DNA of 64,000 bases from an uncultured Porphyromonadaceae bacterium. Lineage in GTDB: Bacteria; Bacteroidota; Bacteroidia; Bacteroidales; UBA12481. A program made the translations under genes and the position numbers. This document shows positions 9,685 to 18,901 of the stretch, one piece after another (the first letter of the stretch is position 1; each line of letters begins with the position of its first letter). Location: NCBI GenBank assembly GCA_964457845.1, contig CAYWHP010000006.1:9266-73265 (forward strand), read 5' to 3'. The notes under the pieces were generated by a model, which saw nothing but the letters and a program-made list of their open reading frames with translations, searched no databases and was not told the DNA's origin.

Positions 9685-10660
9685 CAGTCCCCTTGTATCG
9701 GTCATCATTCCGGCTTATAATGCAGCCGGTTTTATCCGGGAAACAGTCGACTCGGTATTGAGGCAAACCTGGCCAAATATCGAAGTGATTATAATTGATG
9801 ACAGTTCAACAGATAAAACCTTTGAAACAGCCTCCGAGCTCATTTCGGATCGGGTTCAGGTAGTCAGGCAAAAGAATAGCGGTGCCTGCGTGGCCCGAAA
9901 CCGGGGTCTGACAATGAGCCGCGGGAAATACATTCAATTCCTTGATGCCGATGATGTTCTGAGTTCCGACAAAATCGGGCTGCAGGCTGAACTGCTCGAA
10001 AAAAATCCCGGCTGCCTGGCCGTTTGCAACACCGTGCACTTCATGAATGGTCAGGACTACCTTCGCATGGAACCCGCGGATGAGTCCTTCTGGATCCGCG
10101 ACAGCGATGACCCGGCAGACTTCCTTGTCAGGCTGTACGGTGGCGATGGCAGGCGATGGATGGTGCAAACCAGCGCATGGCTTACACCTGCCAGTATCAC
10201 ATCGGTTATAGGCCCCTGGAATGAAGCCCTTCTGCTGGATCAGGACGGTGAGTATTTCGCCCGTGCCGTTCTTGCCTCTTCGGGCCTGAGAACCAGCGGC
10301 GGCATCAACTACTACCGCCGATTCTCAGCCGGAAGCAACATATCCGCAAAGGCAAACAAGCCGGAAAACCTCAGGAGCGCCCTGCTGGCCCTTAACCTTA
10401 AGGCGGGCTATCTTGGGGCGAGGGTTAAGTCGGAGCGATATCTTCAGGCCATGGCAACTCTTTATCAGGAAATTGCGATCAATGCCTTTCCCCAGTTCCC
10501 GGATATTGTTGCCGAATGCGAAGCCGAAGTGGCAAAAACGGGTAAAAGGCCGGATATCCCTGTGCTCGGTGGCAGAATTATTGAGCTCACCAGCAGAATT
10601 CTCGGTTGGAAGAGCGCCAAGCTTTTGCGCCGGAATATTCACAGTTTATTAAAAAGATAG
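9674..10660 (+). CDS. family 2 glycosyltransferase
   Basis: VSVIIPAYNA...VIIIDDSSTDKT and FLDADD. It overlaps the upstream gene by 11 nt. Confidence 0.9.
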   Translation: MPDSSPLVSVIIPAYNAAGFIRETVDSVLRQTWPNIEVIIIDDSSTDKTFETASELISDRVQVVRQKNSGACVARNRGLTMSRGKYIQFLDADDVLSSDKIGLQAELLEKNPGCLAVCNTVHFMNGQDYLRMEPADESFWIRDSDDPADFLVRLYGGDGRRWMVQTSAWLTPASITSVIGPWNEALLLDQDGEYFARAVLASSGLRTSGGINYYRRFSAGSNISAKANKPENLRSALLALNLKAGYLGARVKSERYLQAMATLYQEIAINAFPQFPDIVAECEAEVAKTGKRPDIPVLGGRIIELTSRILGWKSAKLLRRNIHSLLKR

Positions 10661-10667
10661 GATCTGC

Positions 10668-11906
10668 ATGAAAAAGAAGGTCTGCATACTTACACAGAGC
10701 CATCTCTGCCGCAATCCGAGGGTTGTAAAGGAAGCGATTGCCCTGGATTCGGCCGGATACGAAACGGTCATTCTTACGACCTTCAGCAATCCCGTATTAT
10801 TGGAAGAAGACCGGAAACTGATTGCCGGTACCGGCATCGTTTTAAAGGGTTGCGTAAATCTGATCCAGGGACAGGCCGGTGACTGGCACCGATTAAAGAT
10901 GAGGCTGTCAAGGAGATTGGCCGGCGAGGCGATTGCCAGGCTCGGCATTGAAAATCCAAGGGCACTGGGATATGATTACAAAGGGAACCTTCGGGCAGCT
11001 ATCAATGAAAATGCCGATTTGTATACCTGCCATCAGGAAGTCAGTACCGTAATCGGGTGCCGTCTGATTCAACGAGGATTCAGGGTGGCATTCGATTTCG
11101 AAGACTGGTATTCGCACGATCTGCTCCCGGAAGCCAACCGCACCCGGCCGGTGAAGCTGCTCGAAAAAACAGAGAAGACCGCCCTCCGCAGCGGGGTGCT
11201 GACTTACACAACATCAAAAGCATTGGCAAATGCACTTGGTGACTTTGCCGGCTCCGCTCCGCCAAATGTTCTGCAGAACGTTTTCCCCTTCAGCGACCGC
11301 AATCACATGGACGGGCAGGTCCGCGACCGGTTAGACCCATCCATGCCTTCGCTGCATTGGTATTCCCAAACAATAGGTCCCGGCAGGGGGATTGAATTCC
11401 TTATTGATAGTCTGGAGGATGTAGTTACGCCGGTGGAGTTGCATCTGCGTGGCAATCTGTTTGAAGGGTTCCGGGAGGAACTCACCGGACGGTTCCCCGA
11501 AAAAAAAGGCCACCATCTAATCTTCCACCCCCTGGTTCCGCATGCGGAATTACTTTCACGGATTGCCGAACACGATATCGGCCTGGCTACGGAAGAATAT
11601 GCCCCCGACAGCCGGAACCTGACAATCACCAATAAGATTCTGCAGTACCTGCAGGGCGGTCTGGCAGTGGTTGCCTCCGATACAAAAGGGCAGCAGGAAG
11701 TTGCTGAAGCAGCAAAAGACGCTGTTTTTCTTTTCCGAAACAGAGACCGTGACGGCCTGGCTGCCGTACTCAACAACCTGCTCATCAACAGAGAGAGCCT
11801 TATGGCCGCTAAAAAGGCCGCAACAAAGGCAGCCCGTGAGCAATTCTGCTGGGAGATACAGGAGCCTTTGCTTGTAAACTGGATACGTGACGCAATAAAA
11901 GCCTGA
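10668..11906 (+). CDS. GT-B fold (GT4-like) glycosyltransferase
   Basis: 412 aa. The C-terminal region (GLATEEYAPDSRNLTITNKILQYLQGGLAVVASD) resembles the EX7E region of group 1 glycosyltransferases. Confidence 0.75.
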   Translation: MKKKVCILTQSHLCRNPRVVKEAIALDSAGYETVILTTFSNPVLLEEDRKLIAGTGIVLKGCVNLIQGQAGDWHRLKMRLSRRLAGEAIARLGIENPRALGYDYKGNLRAAINENADLYTCHQEVSTVIGCRLIQRGFRVAFDFEDWYSHDLLPEANRTRPVKLLEKTEKTALRSGVLTYTTSKALANALGDFAGSAPPNVLQNVFPFSDRNHMDGQVRDRLDPSMPSLHWYSQTIGPGRGIEFLIDSLEDVVTPVELHLRGNLFEGFREELTGRFPEKKGHHLIFHPLVPHAELLSRIAEHDIGLATEEYAPDSRNLTITNKILQYLQGGLAVVASDTKGQQEVAEAAKDAVFLFRNRDRDGLAAVLNNLLINRESLMAAKKAATKAAREQFCWEIQEPLLVNWIRDAIKA

Positions 11907-13204
11907 TGAGAATGAAGAAGATTCTGATCATTTCGCCCAACTTTCCACCGGTAAATGCAGCCGACATGCACCGCGTGAGGCAGAGCCTGGCCTATTTTCC
12001 GGCTATGGGATGGGAAGCCACCGTTGTTGGTGTTGAGCCGGAATTTGTTGAAATGAGCCTTGATCCGTTGTTGCAGGAGACAATTCCCGCTGATGCAACA
12101 ATCATCAGGATAAAGGCATTCAATTCAAAATACACACGAAAAATCGGATTGGGCAACCTCGGCTACCGCTCACTCCTCTTCTATTTCAAGGCCTGCAACA
12201 AACTGATACGGAAAAACCGGTATGACCTCATCTATTTTTCAACCACCGCTTTCCCTGTCATGATCCTCGGCCGTTACTGGAAAAAAAGGTTTGGCATACC
12301 CTATATCATAGATATGCAGGATCCATGGCGCAATGATTTTTATCTGGATAAGCCCCGGAGCGAGCGTCCGCCCAAGTTCCTGATGGCGTATACGATGGAT
12401 AAGATCATGGAATCCATAACCATGAAAAAGGTTGACGGTATTGTTTCCGTATCGCCGGGATATCCGAAAACACTTATGGAAAGATATCCGAACATCAAAC
12501 CCGACATGTGTACGGTAATTCCGTTTGGTGGTGCCGCCATTGATTTCACTGTTCTGGAAAATGCCGGTATCGTTAATCCACTCTTTAAAAAAGATGGTGA
12601 CACCATCAATTTCGCCTATATCGGGCGCGGCGGCCACGACATGAACCTGGCGGTCAGCGGGATTTTTGCCGCTCTCGGGGCCGGGATAAGTGAAAATTCA
12701 GCACTGTTTTCCCGAATCAGGATGTACTTTGTCGGAACAAGCTATGCAGCCGACGGGTTGGGCCAGAAAACCATTGAACCCGTAGCGGCAAAATATGGAG
12801 TCGATAGCCAGGTGACTGAAATTACGGACCGGCTACCCTACTTCACCGCCCTTAAAGTTCTCAAAGATGCCGATATCCTGATTATTCCCGGTTCCACTGA
12901 CACCCAGTATACGGCATCCAAGCTCTACCCCTATATCCTTGCAAACAAGCCGCTTATAGCCGTATTTAACGAAAACAGCTCCGTTGTGGGGATCCTTGAT
13001 AAAACTAAGGCGGGTACCTGCGCAACCTTCCGCAACGATGACTCACCTGAAACGATTGCCGGGAGGGTGCTTCCGGTGATGCGGGAATTTCTGGAGAAGA
13101 TACCTTTTGTGCCGGAAACCGACTGGCAGGAATTTGAACCTTACACAGCAAGAGCTGCAGCCAGAAAGCAGGTGGATTTTTTCAATAGCATCGTTGCGCC
13201 ATGA
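11906..13204 (+). CDS. GT-B fold (GT4-like) glycosyltransferase
   Basis: 432 aa. The N terminus (KKILIISPNFPPVNAADMHRV) is typical of GT-B enzymes. Its start overlaps the upstream stop (TGATG). Confidence 0.7.
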   Translation: MRMKKILIISPNFPPVNAADMHRVRQSLAYFPAMGWEATVVGVEPEFVEMSLDPLLQETIPADATIIRIKAFNSKYTRKIGLGNLGYRSLLFYFKACNKLIRKNRYDLIYFSTTAFPVMILGRYWKKRFGIPYIIDMQDPWRNDFYLDKPRSERPPKFLMAYTMDKIMESITMKKVDGIVSVSPGYPKTLMERYPNIKPDMCTVIPFGGAAIDFTVLENAGIVNPLFKKDGDTINFAYIGRGGHDMNLAVSGIFAALGAGISENSALFSRIRMYFVGTSYAADGLGQKTIEPVAAKYGVDSQVTEITDRLPYFTALKVLKDADILIIPGSTDTQYTASKLYPYILANKPLIAVFNENSSVVGILDKTKAGTCATFRNDDSPETIAGRVLPVMREFLEKIPFVPETDWQEFEPYTARAAARKQVDFFNSIVAP

Positions 13205-14373
13205 AGAAGAAAGTAGCCATCGTAACTTCCCACCCTATTCAGTATAATGCACCGCTTTTTGCGATGCTGGCAAAATCTGACCTGTTGGACATCAAGGTTT
13301 TTTATACCTGGAGCCAGAGCAGGGAAACGCTTTTCGATAAGGATTTTGGGAAAACCATCCAGTGGGATATCCCGCTTCTCGACGGATATGCTTTTGAATT
13401 TGTAAATAACGTCTCAGCGAATCCCGGACCGGGCTCTTTCCGGGGCATGGTTTGCCCTGAACTTAACAGCAGGATAAAAGACTGGGGCGCCGAAGCGCTC
13501 CTGGTTTACGGATGGAACTATCATGCGCACTACCATGCCATGCGTCATTTCAAGGGAAAAATCCCGGTATGGTTCCGTGGAGACTCCACCCTGCTCGACG
13601 AAACCGGAGGCTGGAAACAGGCCTTGCGGAGAATGGTTCTTCGGATGGTTTACAAGAAGGTGGATTATGCTTTCTATGTTGGTGAAAACAACAGGCAATA
13701 CTACCTGAAGCATGGCCTTAAATCGAAAAATCTCTTCTTTGCACCGCATGCGATTGACAATCACCGATTCAGTGACCCCTCAGGGGAGATGAAGCTGGCT
13801 GGAGAAAGATGGAGGTCAGAGCTTGGCATCGGTAACGAAGAGGTTGCCGTGCTCTTTGCAGGCAAATTCGAACCCAAGAAAAATCCCGTCCTGCTTATGG
13901 AGGCAGCACTGCGGCTGAACAAACCCGGTGTGCATTACATCTTTGTGGGCAACGGCGTGCTGGAAGATTCGCTCAGAAAGATGGCCGGTGAAAACAGTTT
14001 TATTCATTTCGTTCCTTTCCAGAATCAGAGCACCATACCGGGAATATACTATGGAAGCGACATCCTTGCGCTGCCTTCGCAGGGGCCGGGTGAAACATGG
14101 GGTTTGGTGGTTAATGAGGCGATGGTTTGCGGCAAGGCCATCCTGGTAAGCGACAAATCGGGTTGTGCCATTGATTTGGTGAAGCCGGGCGAAAACGGAT
14201 ACATTTTAAACTCCGGCAATCCGGATCAGTGCACCGAGCTGCTGGGCCGGCTAACGGTTTCGCGGAAATTTTCCGCACAGATGGGCGATGTTTCAAGGAA
14301 GATCATATCCCACTGGTCATTCGAGGCTATCTGCACGAGCTTTGAGAGCAACATCCTGAATTCAATTAAATAA
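13201..14373 (+). CDS. group 1 (GT4) glycosyltransferase
   Basis: KKVAIVTSHPIQYNAP at the N terminus and a C-terminal PSQGPGETWGLVVNEAMVCGKAILVSD motif. ATGA overlap with the upstream gene. Confidence 0.85.
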   Translation: MKKKVAIVTSHPIQYNAPLFAMLAKSDLLDIKVFYTWSQSRETLFDKDFGKTIQWDIPLLDGYAFEFVNNVSANPGPGSFRGMVCPELNSRIKDWGAEALLVYGWNYHAHYHAMRHFKGKIPVWFRGDSTLLDETGGWKQALRRMVLRMVYKKVDYAFYVGENNRQYYLKHGLKSKNLFFAPHAIDNHRFSDPSGEMKLAGERWRSELGIGNEEVAVLFAGKFEPKKNPVLLMEAALRLNKPGVHYIFVGNGVLEDSLRKMAGENSFIHFVPFQNQSTIPGIYYGSDILALPSQGPGETWGLVVNEAMVCGKAILVSDKSGCAIDLVKPGENGYILNSGNPDQCTELLGRLTVSRKFSAQMGDVSRKIISHWSFEAICTSFESNILNSIK

Positions 14374-14383
14374 CGCTACTGCC

Positions 14384-15769
14384 ATGTACCTTTCAGAACG
14401 GAGCGTGCGGTTGTTGATCATCGGACTGGCGGTATTCGCCTACTTCGAGGTCTTCACCGGCCTCTACTTCATGTCTGGTCTGGGTATGGCATTGTTTGCC
14501 GGGATTGCGGTAAAATTCGTTCAGGATCTTGGCAAGCGCATCGAAATCAGGGACCTCATCTCGTTCATGTCCGTTCTGCAGTGGGTTGTCGGCCCCATCC
14601 TTGCCTATAACTATCTGCCTTACGACGATTTGTACTACATGGCGGTGCCGGAAGAGGTATACATGGACTTTGTGGTTCCGGCCTGCTATTTCATGGCAAT
14701 CGGCCTTTACTTCCCGCTACGGGATGAACGAATCATCAACCATGAGGACATCGACCGGATGAAAACTTATCTGGGTGAGTATCCTTACATCGGTTATGTA
14801 CTTGCAGCTATCGGACTTGCTGCCGGATTCGCTTCCAAGATGCTCCCTCCCAGCCTGCGGTTTATCGGCTTTCTTCTGACAAATCTTCAGTATGTAGGTG
14901 TTTACATGATCTTGTTTGGAAATGGAAAATTCAAGTGGCTGGTTTTTGCAGGCATTATGGGTCTGGCAGCGTCGGCAGCCGTTCTTCAGGGAATGTTCGG
15001 TGAGCTGGTTCAGTGGCTGATGCTTTCTTTCCTCATTATCGCCATGGTCGTGCAGATTCCGATGTGGGGCAAAGTCAGCATCATTGTTGTCGGATTAATG
15101 TTGATGCTGCTTATCCAGTCGACCAAACAGGAATACAGGATGGCAACATGGTATGCGGAAAGCACCAAATCCAACTCACAGATTTACAATGAAATTATCG
15201 CATCCAGATTATCAAACCCCGGTCAACTGTTTAATACGGAAGTTCTCGGAAACATGGGTGCGCGCCTGAACCAGGGATGGATCATTGCCCGGATCATGGG
15301 TTACATGCCTGAAAAAACACCTTATGTAAGGGGTGAAACCGTTAAGAAAGCGCTCTATGCATCACTTCTTCCGCGGTTTCTGGTTCCGAGCAAAGCCAGG
15401 GCAGGAGGAAGGGCAAACTTTGAACGGTTTACCGGTACCCCTCTACCGGAGAGTACAAGTATGGATATCTCCCTCGTTGGCGAAGGATATGCCAATTTCG
15501 GGCCCTACGGGGGCATCGTATTCCTTTTTCTTGTATCGCTTTTCTACAACTGGGTTATTATTTTCGTGATCCAGCTTGCCAAAAAGAACCCGACTCTGGT
15601 TATTTGGATTCCTTTCCTGTTCTTCCAGGTAATGAAGGCTGAAACCGATTTTGCGACAGTATTCAATTATCTTACAAAGGCTTCCGTTATCGCTTTTGCC
15701 GTATTCTATGCCACAAAGCAGGTCCTGATCCTTTTGGAGACAAAGCCAAAGATTGTCCAACTGCAATGA
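14384..15769 (+). CDS. polytopic membrane protein, O-antigen polymerase/ligase-like (Wzy-like; a GT-C-type transferase is not excluded)
   Basis: 461 aa with at least 10 hydrophobic segments. A large Arg/Lys-rich loop (RFLVPSKARAGGRANFERF) lies near the C-terminal third. The gene is embedded among glycosyltransferase genes. Confidence 0.6.
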   Translation: MYLSERSVRLLIIGLAVFAYFEVFTGLYFMSGLGMALFAGIAVKFVQDLGKRIEIRDLISFMSVLQWVVGPILAYNYLPYDDLYYMAVPEEVYMDFVVPACYFMAIGLYFPLRDERIINHEDIDRMKTYLGEYPYIGYVLAAIGLAAGFASKMLPPSLRFIGFLLTNLQYVGVYMILFGNGKFKWLVFAGIMGLAASAAVLQGMFGELVQWLMLSFLIIAMVVQIPMWGKVSIIVVGLMLMLLIQSTKQEYRMATWYAESTKSNSQIYNEIIASRLSNPGQLFNTEVLGNMGARLNQGWIIARIMGYMPEKTPYVRGETVKKALYASLLPRFLVPSKARAGGRANFERFTGTPLPESTSMDISLVGEGYANFGPYGGIVFLFLVSLFYNWVIIFVIQLAKKNPTLVIWIPFLFFQVMKAETDFATVFNYLTKASVIAFAVFYATKQVLILLETKPKIVQLQ

Positions 15770-16530
15770 AAGTCAGCATTATAACCGCCTGCCTTAACAG
15801 CGGACAGCATATCGGCCAGACAATTGAATCCGTCATCTCGCAGTCATACCCCAACATAGAGTATATCCTGGTTGACGGCAAATCAACCGACGGAACGCTT
15901 GATATCATACGATCCTATGAAAACCGTATCAGCTCCTGGATCAGTGAACCAGACAAAGGCATTTACCATGCCTTGAACAAAGGCATTCGCATGGCGACCG
16001 GTGACGTGATCGGATTCCTCCATTCTGACGATTTTTTCGCTGACCTGCGGGCGGTAGAAAAGATAGTCACGCTGATGGCAGGTCGCGGTTCAGATTCCGT
16101 ATATGCCGACATACGGTATTGTGACAGAAATGATAGTGGGAAAATCCTGACAAGCCGGAAATCCGGCCCCTTTAGCATCAGAAGATTCCGGTTCGGATGG
16201 ATGCCCCCTCATTCGGCCTTTTATTGCAAAAGCCATCTCTTTTCAAATCATGGTGATTTTGATACATCGTTCAAAATAGCTGCCGATTATGACTGGCTTT
16301 TGCGAATCCTTGTCACACAAGGGGTTTCCACCGCCTACCTTCCGGAAACTCTTGTAACCATGCGTGTTGGCGGAATCAGCAACAGAACAATGGGCGGAAT
16401 ATCCCATAAATGGCGGGAGGACTACCGGGCAATGAAACGGAATGGAGTGTTCAACCCTATAAATCTCCTACTTAAGAGCTTACGGCCGATCGGACATTTT
16501 TACCATTCCCCAAGTTATCTCTTCCGATGA
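15766..16530 (+). CDS. family 2 glycosyltransferase
   Basis: KVSIITACLNSG...YILVDGKSTDGT and HSDD. ATGA overlap with the upstream gene. Confidence 0.9.
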   Translation: MKVSIITACLNSGQHIGQTIESVISQSYPNIEYILVDGKSTDGTLDIIRSYENRISSWISEPDKGIYHALNKGIRMATGDVIGFLHSDDFFADLRAVEKIVTLMAGRGSDSVYADIRYCDRNDSGKILTSRKSGPFSIRRFRFGWMPPHSAFYCKSHLFSNHGDFDTSFKIAADYDWLLRILVTQGVSTAYLPETLVTMRVGGISNRTMGGISHKWREDYRAMKRNGVFNPINLLLKSLRPIGHFYHSPSYLFR

Positions 16531-17372
16531 ATTCCAATGCCGGCATTATCCGCGCGCTTGTTGCCATTCCGGCCTACAATGAAGAGTTGCTTATTCCGGG
16601 ATTACTCAACAGGTTAGAATCCTGGAAAAAGGATATTATCGTTATTGATGACGGTAGCACCGACCGCACTGCGGAGATGGTCAGGTCGAAAGGCTTTTCC
16701 TGCTACTCGCACAAAACCAATCAGGGACTTACCGGCTTTTATTTCACGGCAAGACAATATGCGGAAGAGCGCAGCTATACTCATCTCATTTCGCTCGACG
16801 GCGACGGGCAGCATGATCCGTCGTTTCTCGGCAACTTCCTGGATGCCTTATCAGCCTATGACCTTGTTTCCGGCAACCGGTTTCACAACATTGACGGGCT
16901 GGCGCCGCCCAAAATTGCCGCCAATCTTTTTGCCATCCTCATGTTCCGGAAATATCTGGGAATCAACGTACCCGATGCAGCCTGCGGGTTCAGGGCGCTT
17001 AAACTTGAGCTGCTAACTCAACCGGAAACTGCTTCTCAGTATGGCATCGTGTATGATATGCTGGCCGGCAACATCCTTTCCGGACGCAAGGCGGGATTTG
17101 TAAAAATTCCGGCCATCTATCACTCCCACTCACCCATGACTACCCGAGCCGAGGAAATAGCCGGTCTGGTTTCCACAATAAACCATTACAGGCAATCTGC
17201 AGATCTGGAAGGCATCATCCAATCGGTTCAATACCAAAAGAGCTTTCGAATTTCCCTTTTCGACTTTGATTTCGAAGCCCGTTCCGACTCAAACGGGTCC
17301 TATCGCTTCGTAACGGATACGATACTCGCAGAACAGTATTTCCGGTTGCTCCATGGCAGTCCTGACATATAA
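16527..17372 (+). CDS. family 2 glycosyltransferase, polyprenyl-phosphate sugar synthase-like (DPM1/GtrB/ArnC-like)
   Basis: AIPAYNEE...IIVIDDGSTDRT and SLDGDGQHDP, which resembles the DADLQHPP-type motif of polyprenol-P glycosyltransferases. ATGA overlap with the upstream gene. Confidence 0.7.
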   Translation: MNSNAGIIRALVAIPAYNEELLIPGLLNRLESWKKDIIVIDDGSTDRTAEMVRSKGFSCYSHKTNQGLTGFYFTARQYAEERSYTHLISLDGDGQHDPSFLGNFLDALSAYDLVSGNRFHNIDGLAPPKIAANLFAILMFRKYLGINVPDAACGFRALKLELLTQPETASQYGIVYDMLAGNILSGRKAGFVKIPAIYHSHSPMTTRAEEIAGLVSTINHYRQSADLEGIIQSVQYQKSFRISLFDFDFEARSDSNGSYRFVTDTILAEQYFRLLHGSPDI

Positions 17373-18078
17373 AAAAACTTCGATGACCAAATCAAGCAAT
17401 AATCACGGATTTCATCCGGAGCCCGGTAATGTCCCACGCCATGTAGGTATCATCCCCGACGGTGGCAGACGCTGGGCGGATCTGCATGGTTGCTCATTAC
17501 GAGAAGCCTATGACCGAACACGATCGGGCCTGGAATCGATGGTAACCTGGCTTACCGGTTACGGGGTTGGTGAAATTACGATCTACCTGTCGAGCATTCA
17601 GAATTTCAAGCGTGGTGACGATGATCTGGGAGCAAATCTGGAGCTGGTTGAATCGGCCCTGTCGAACGAGATTGCCCGACTGGCAAATCGGCTTAACTTA
17701 CGGGTCTGTAGCGCCGGCAACCGGGATATTATTCCGAAAACATTGCTGGCGGAGGTTTTGAAAATTGAGGAATCCACCCGTAATTTCAGGTCAGGCCGGT
17801 TAAATCTCTTACTTGCTTACGACCCGATCGAGGAGGTAAGCCATGCAATGAACACATGCGGCGATCCCGTCGGTTTCACCGGGCATTTGTGGGTAACAAC
17901 ACCGGTGGATATGATTATAAGAACCGGAAATGCCCCGCTTCTGAGCAACTTCCTGCCCCTGCAGTCGGGCTATTCAAGACTTTTCTTCCTTGACAAGCTC
18001 TTCAACGATACCACCATCAAAGACCTTCAGGAAATTCTTATGGAATTTTCGGCAATAGGGCGCAAGTTTGGTGAATAG
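17353..18078 (+). CDS. cis-prenyltransferase (undecaprenyl-diphosphate synthase family) paralogue
   Basis: HVGIIPDGGRRWA (compare the canonical DGNRRWA), LSNFLPLQSGYSRLFF and a C-terminal GRKFGE (compare RRFG). An alternative non-overlapping start is at 17383. Confidence 0.8.
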   Translation: MAVLTYKKTSMTKSSNNHGFHPEPGNVPRHVGIIPDGGRRWADLHGCSLREAYDRTRSGLESMVTWLTGYGVGEITIYLSSIQNFKRGDDDLGANLELVESALSNEIARLANRLNLRVCSAGNRDIIPKTLLAEVLKIEESTRNFRSGRLNLLLAYDPIEEVSHAMNTCGDPVGFTGHLWVTTPVDMIIRTGNAPLLSNFLPLQSGYSRLFFLDKLFNDTTIKDLQEILMEFSAIGRKFGE

Positions 18079-18092
18079 CCTGCTTTGCTGAA

Positions 18093-18896
18093 CTATTGAA
18101 ACGGTATTTCGATGGTTAAACCATCCGTTGCCTCAATGGTTTCTGAAAAAACCGTCCTTGCCTCTTCGAGGAGTGTTGATGTATCCTTATATCTGGCCGA
18201 AAAATGACCGATCACAAGCTTTTGAGCTCCCGCCATACGGGCCATTTCGGCAGCCTGAACAGCGGTAGAATGCCAGGTGGCCACCGCCCTGGCAACCTCC
18301 TTGTGGCCATAGGTGGCCTCGTGATAAAGAAGGTCGACACCATTGAGTATGTCGGCCAGTGCTGGTTCGAAAAGCGTGTCAGTACAATAGGCATAACTTC
18401 TGGGGCGGGTTGAAAGGTAATTGCGCCCCTTGAGTTTCTCCCTGAACAGAAAGCCCCAGGTTGGTACCCTGTGTTTTACGGGAAAGGAATAGACCTCAAC
18501 GGCCTTATCTTCAAAAATCAATCCGGGCATTGCCCCGTCAAGCACATGGAATTTTACCGGCAAGACAAGCGTTTCGGGGAAAAACTCAAAATGGCTTCTC
18601 ACATACCTCTCCAGGCCGGGAGGGCCAAAAATTTCGAGTTCTTTCTTGCGTCCAATCAGGGTTTGGGTGGCGAGATAACCGAAAAGGCCAAGGACATGGT
18701 CGCTGTGAAGGTGGCTGATAAAGATCTGGTGAACCCGACCAAAACGGATACGGAACCTTCTGAACTGGATCTGCGTGCCCTCACCACAATCGATTAAAAA
18801 AAACCGCTCATGTACATTGAGTACATGAGCGGTCGTATTTCTGCTGGCAGTAGGAACTGCGGAACTGCTTCCCAGTATAGTCAGGGAAAACTTCAT
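18093..18896 (-). CDS. rnz: ribonuclease Z
   Basis: 267 aa metallo-beta-lactamase fold with ISHLHSDH and a typical RNase Z N terminus (LTILGSSSAVPT..RNTTAHVL). It starts 5 nt downstream of the rpsA stop. Confidence 0.9.
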   Translation of the reverse strand: MKFSLTILGSSSAVPTASRNTTAHVLNVHERFFLIDCGEGTQIQFRRFRIRFGRVHQIFISHLHSDHVLGLFGYLATQTLIGRKKELEIFGPPGLERYVRSHFEFFPETLVLPVKFHVLDGAMPGLIFEDKAVEVYSFPVKHRVPTWGFLFREKLKGRNYLSTRPRSYAYCTDTLFEPALADILNGVDLLYHEATYGHKEVARAVATWHSTAVQAAEMARMAGAQKLVIGHFSARYKDTSTLLEEARTVFSETIEATDGLTIEIPFQ

Positions 18897-18901
18897 TCCG
18901 A

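Noticed and set aside
11303-11971. 222-aa minus-strand ORF. The same applies to 58388-59062 (224 aa) and 18810-19340 (176 aa).
   Set aside because: Each lies antisense to a motif-supported gene: a GT4 glycosyltransferase, the T9SS BNR protein and rpsA respectively. The 18810 ORF is merely the reverse reading of the rpsA tandem repeat.
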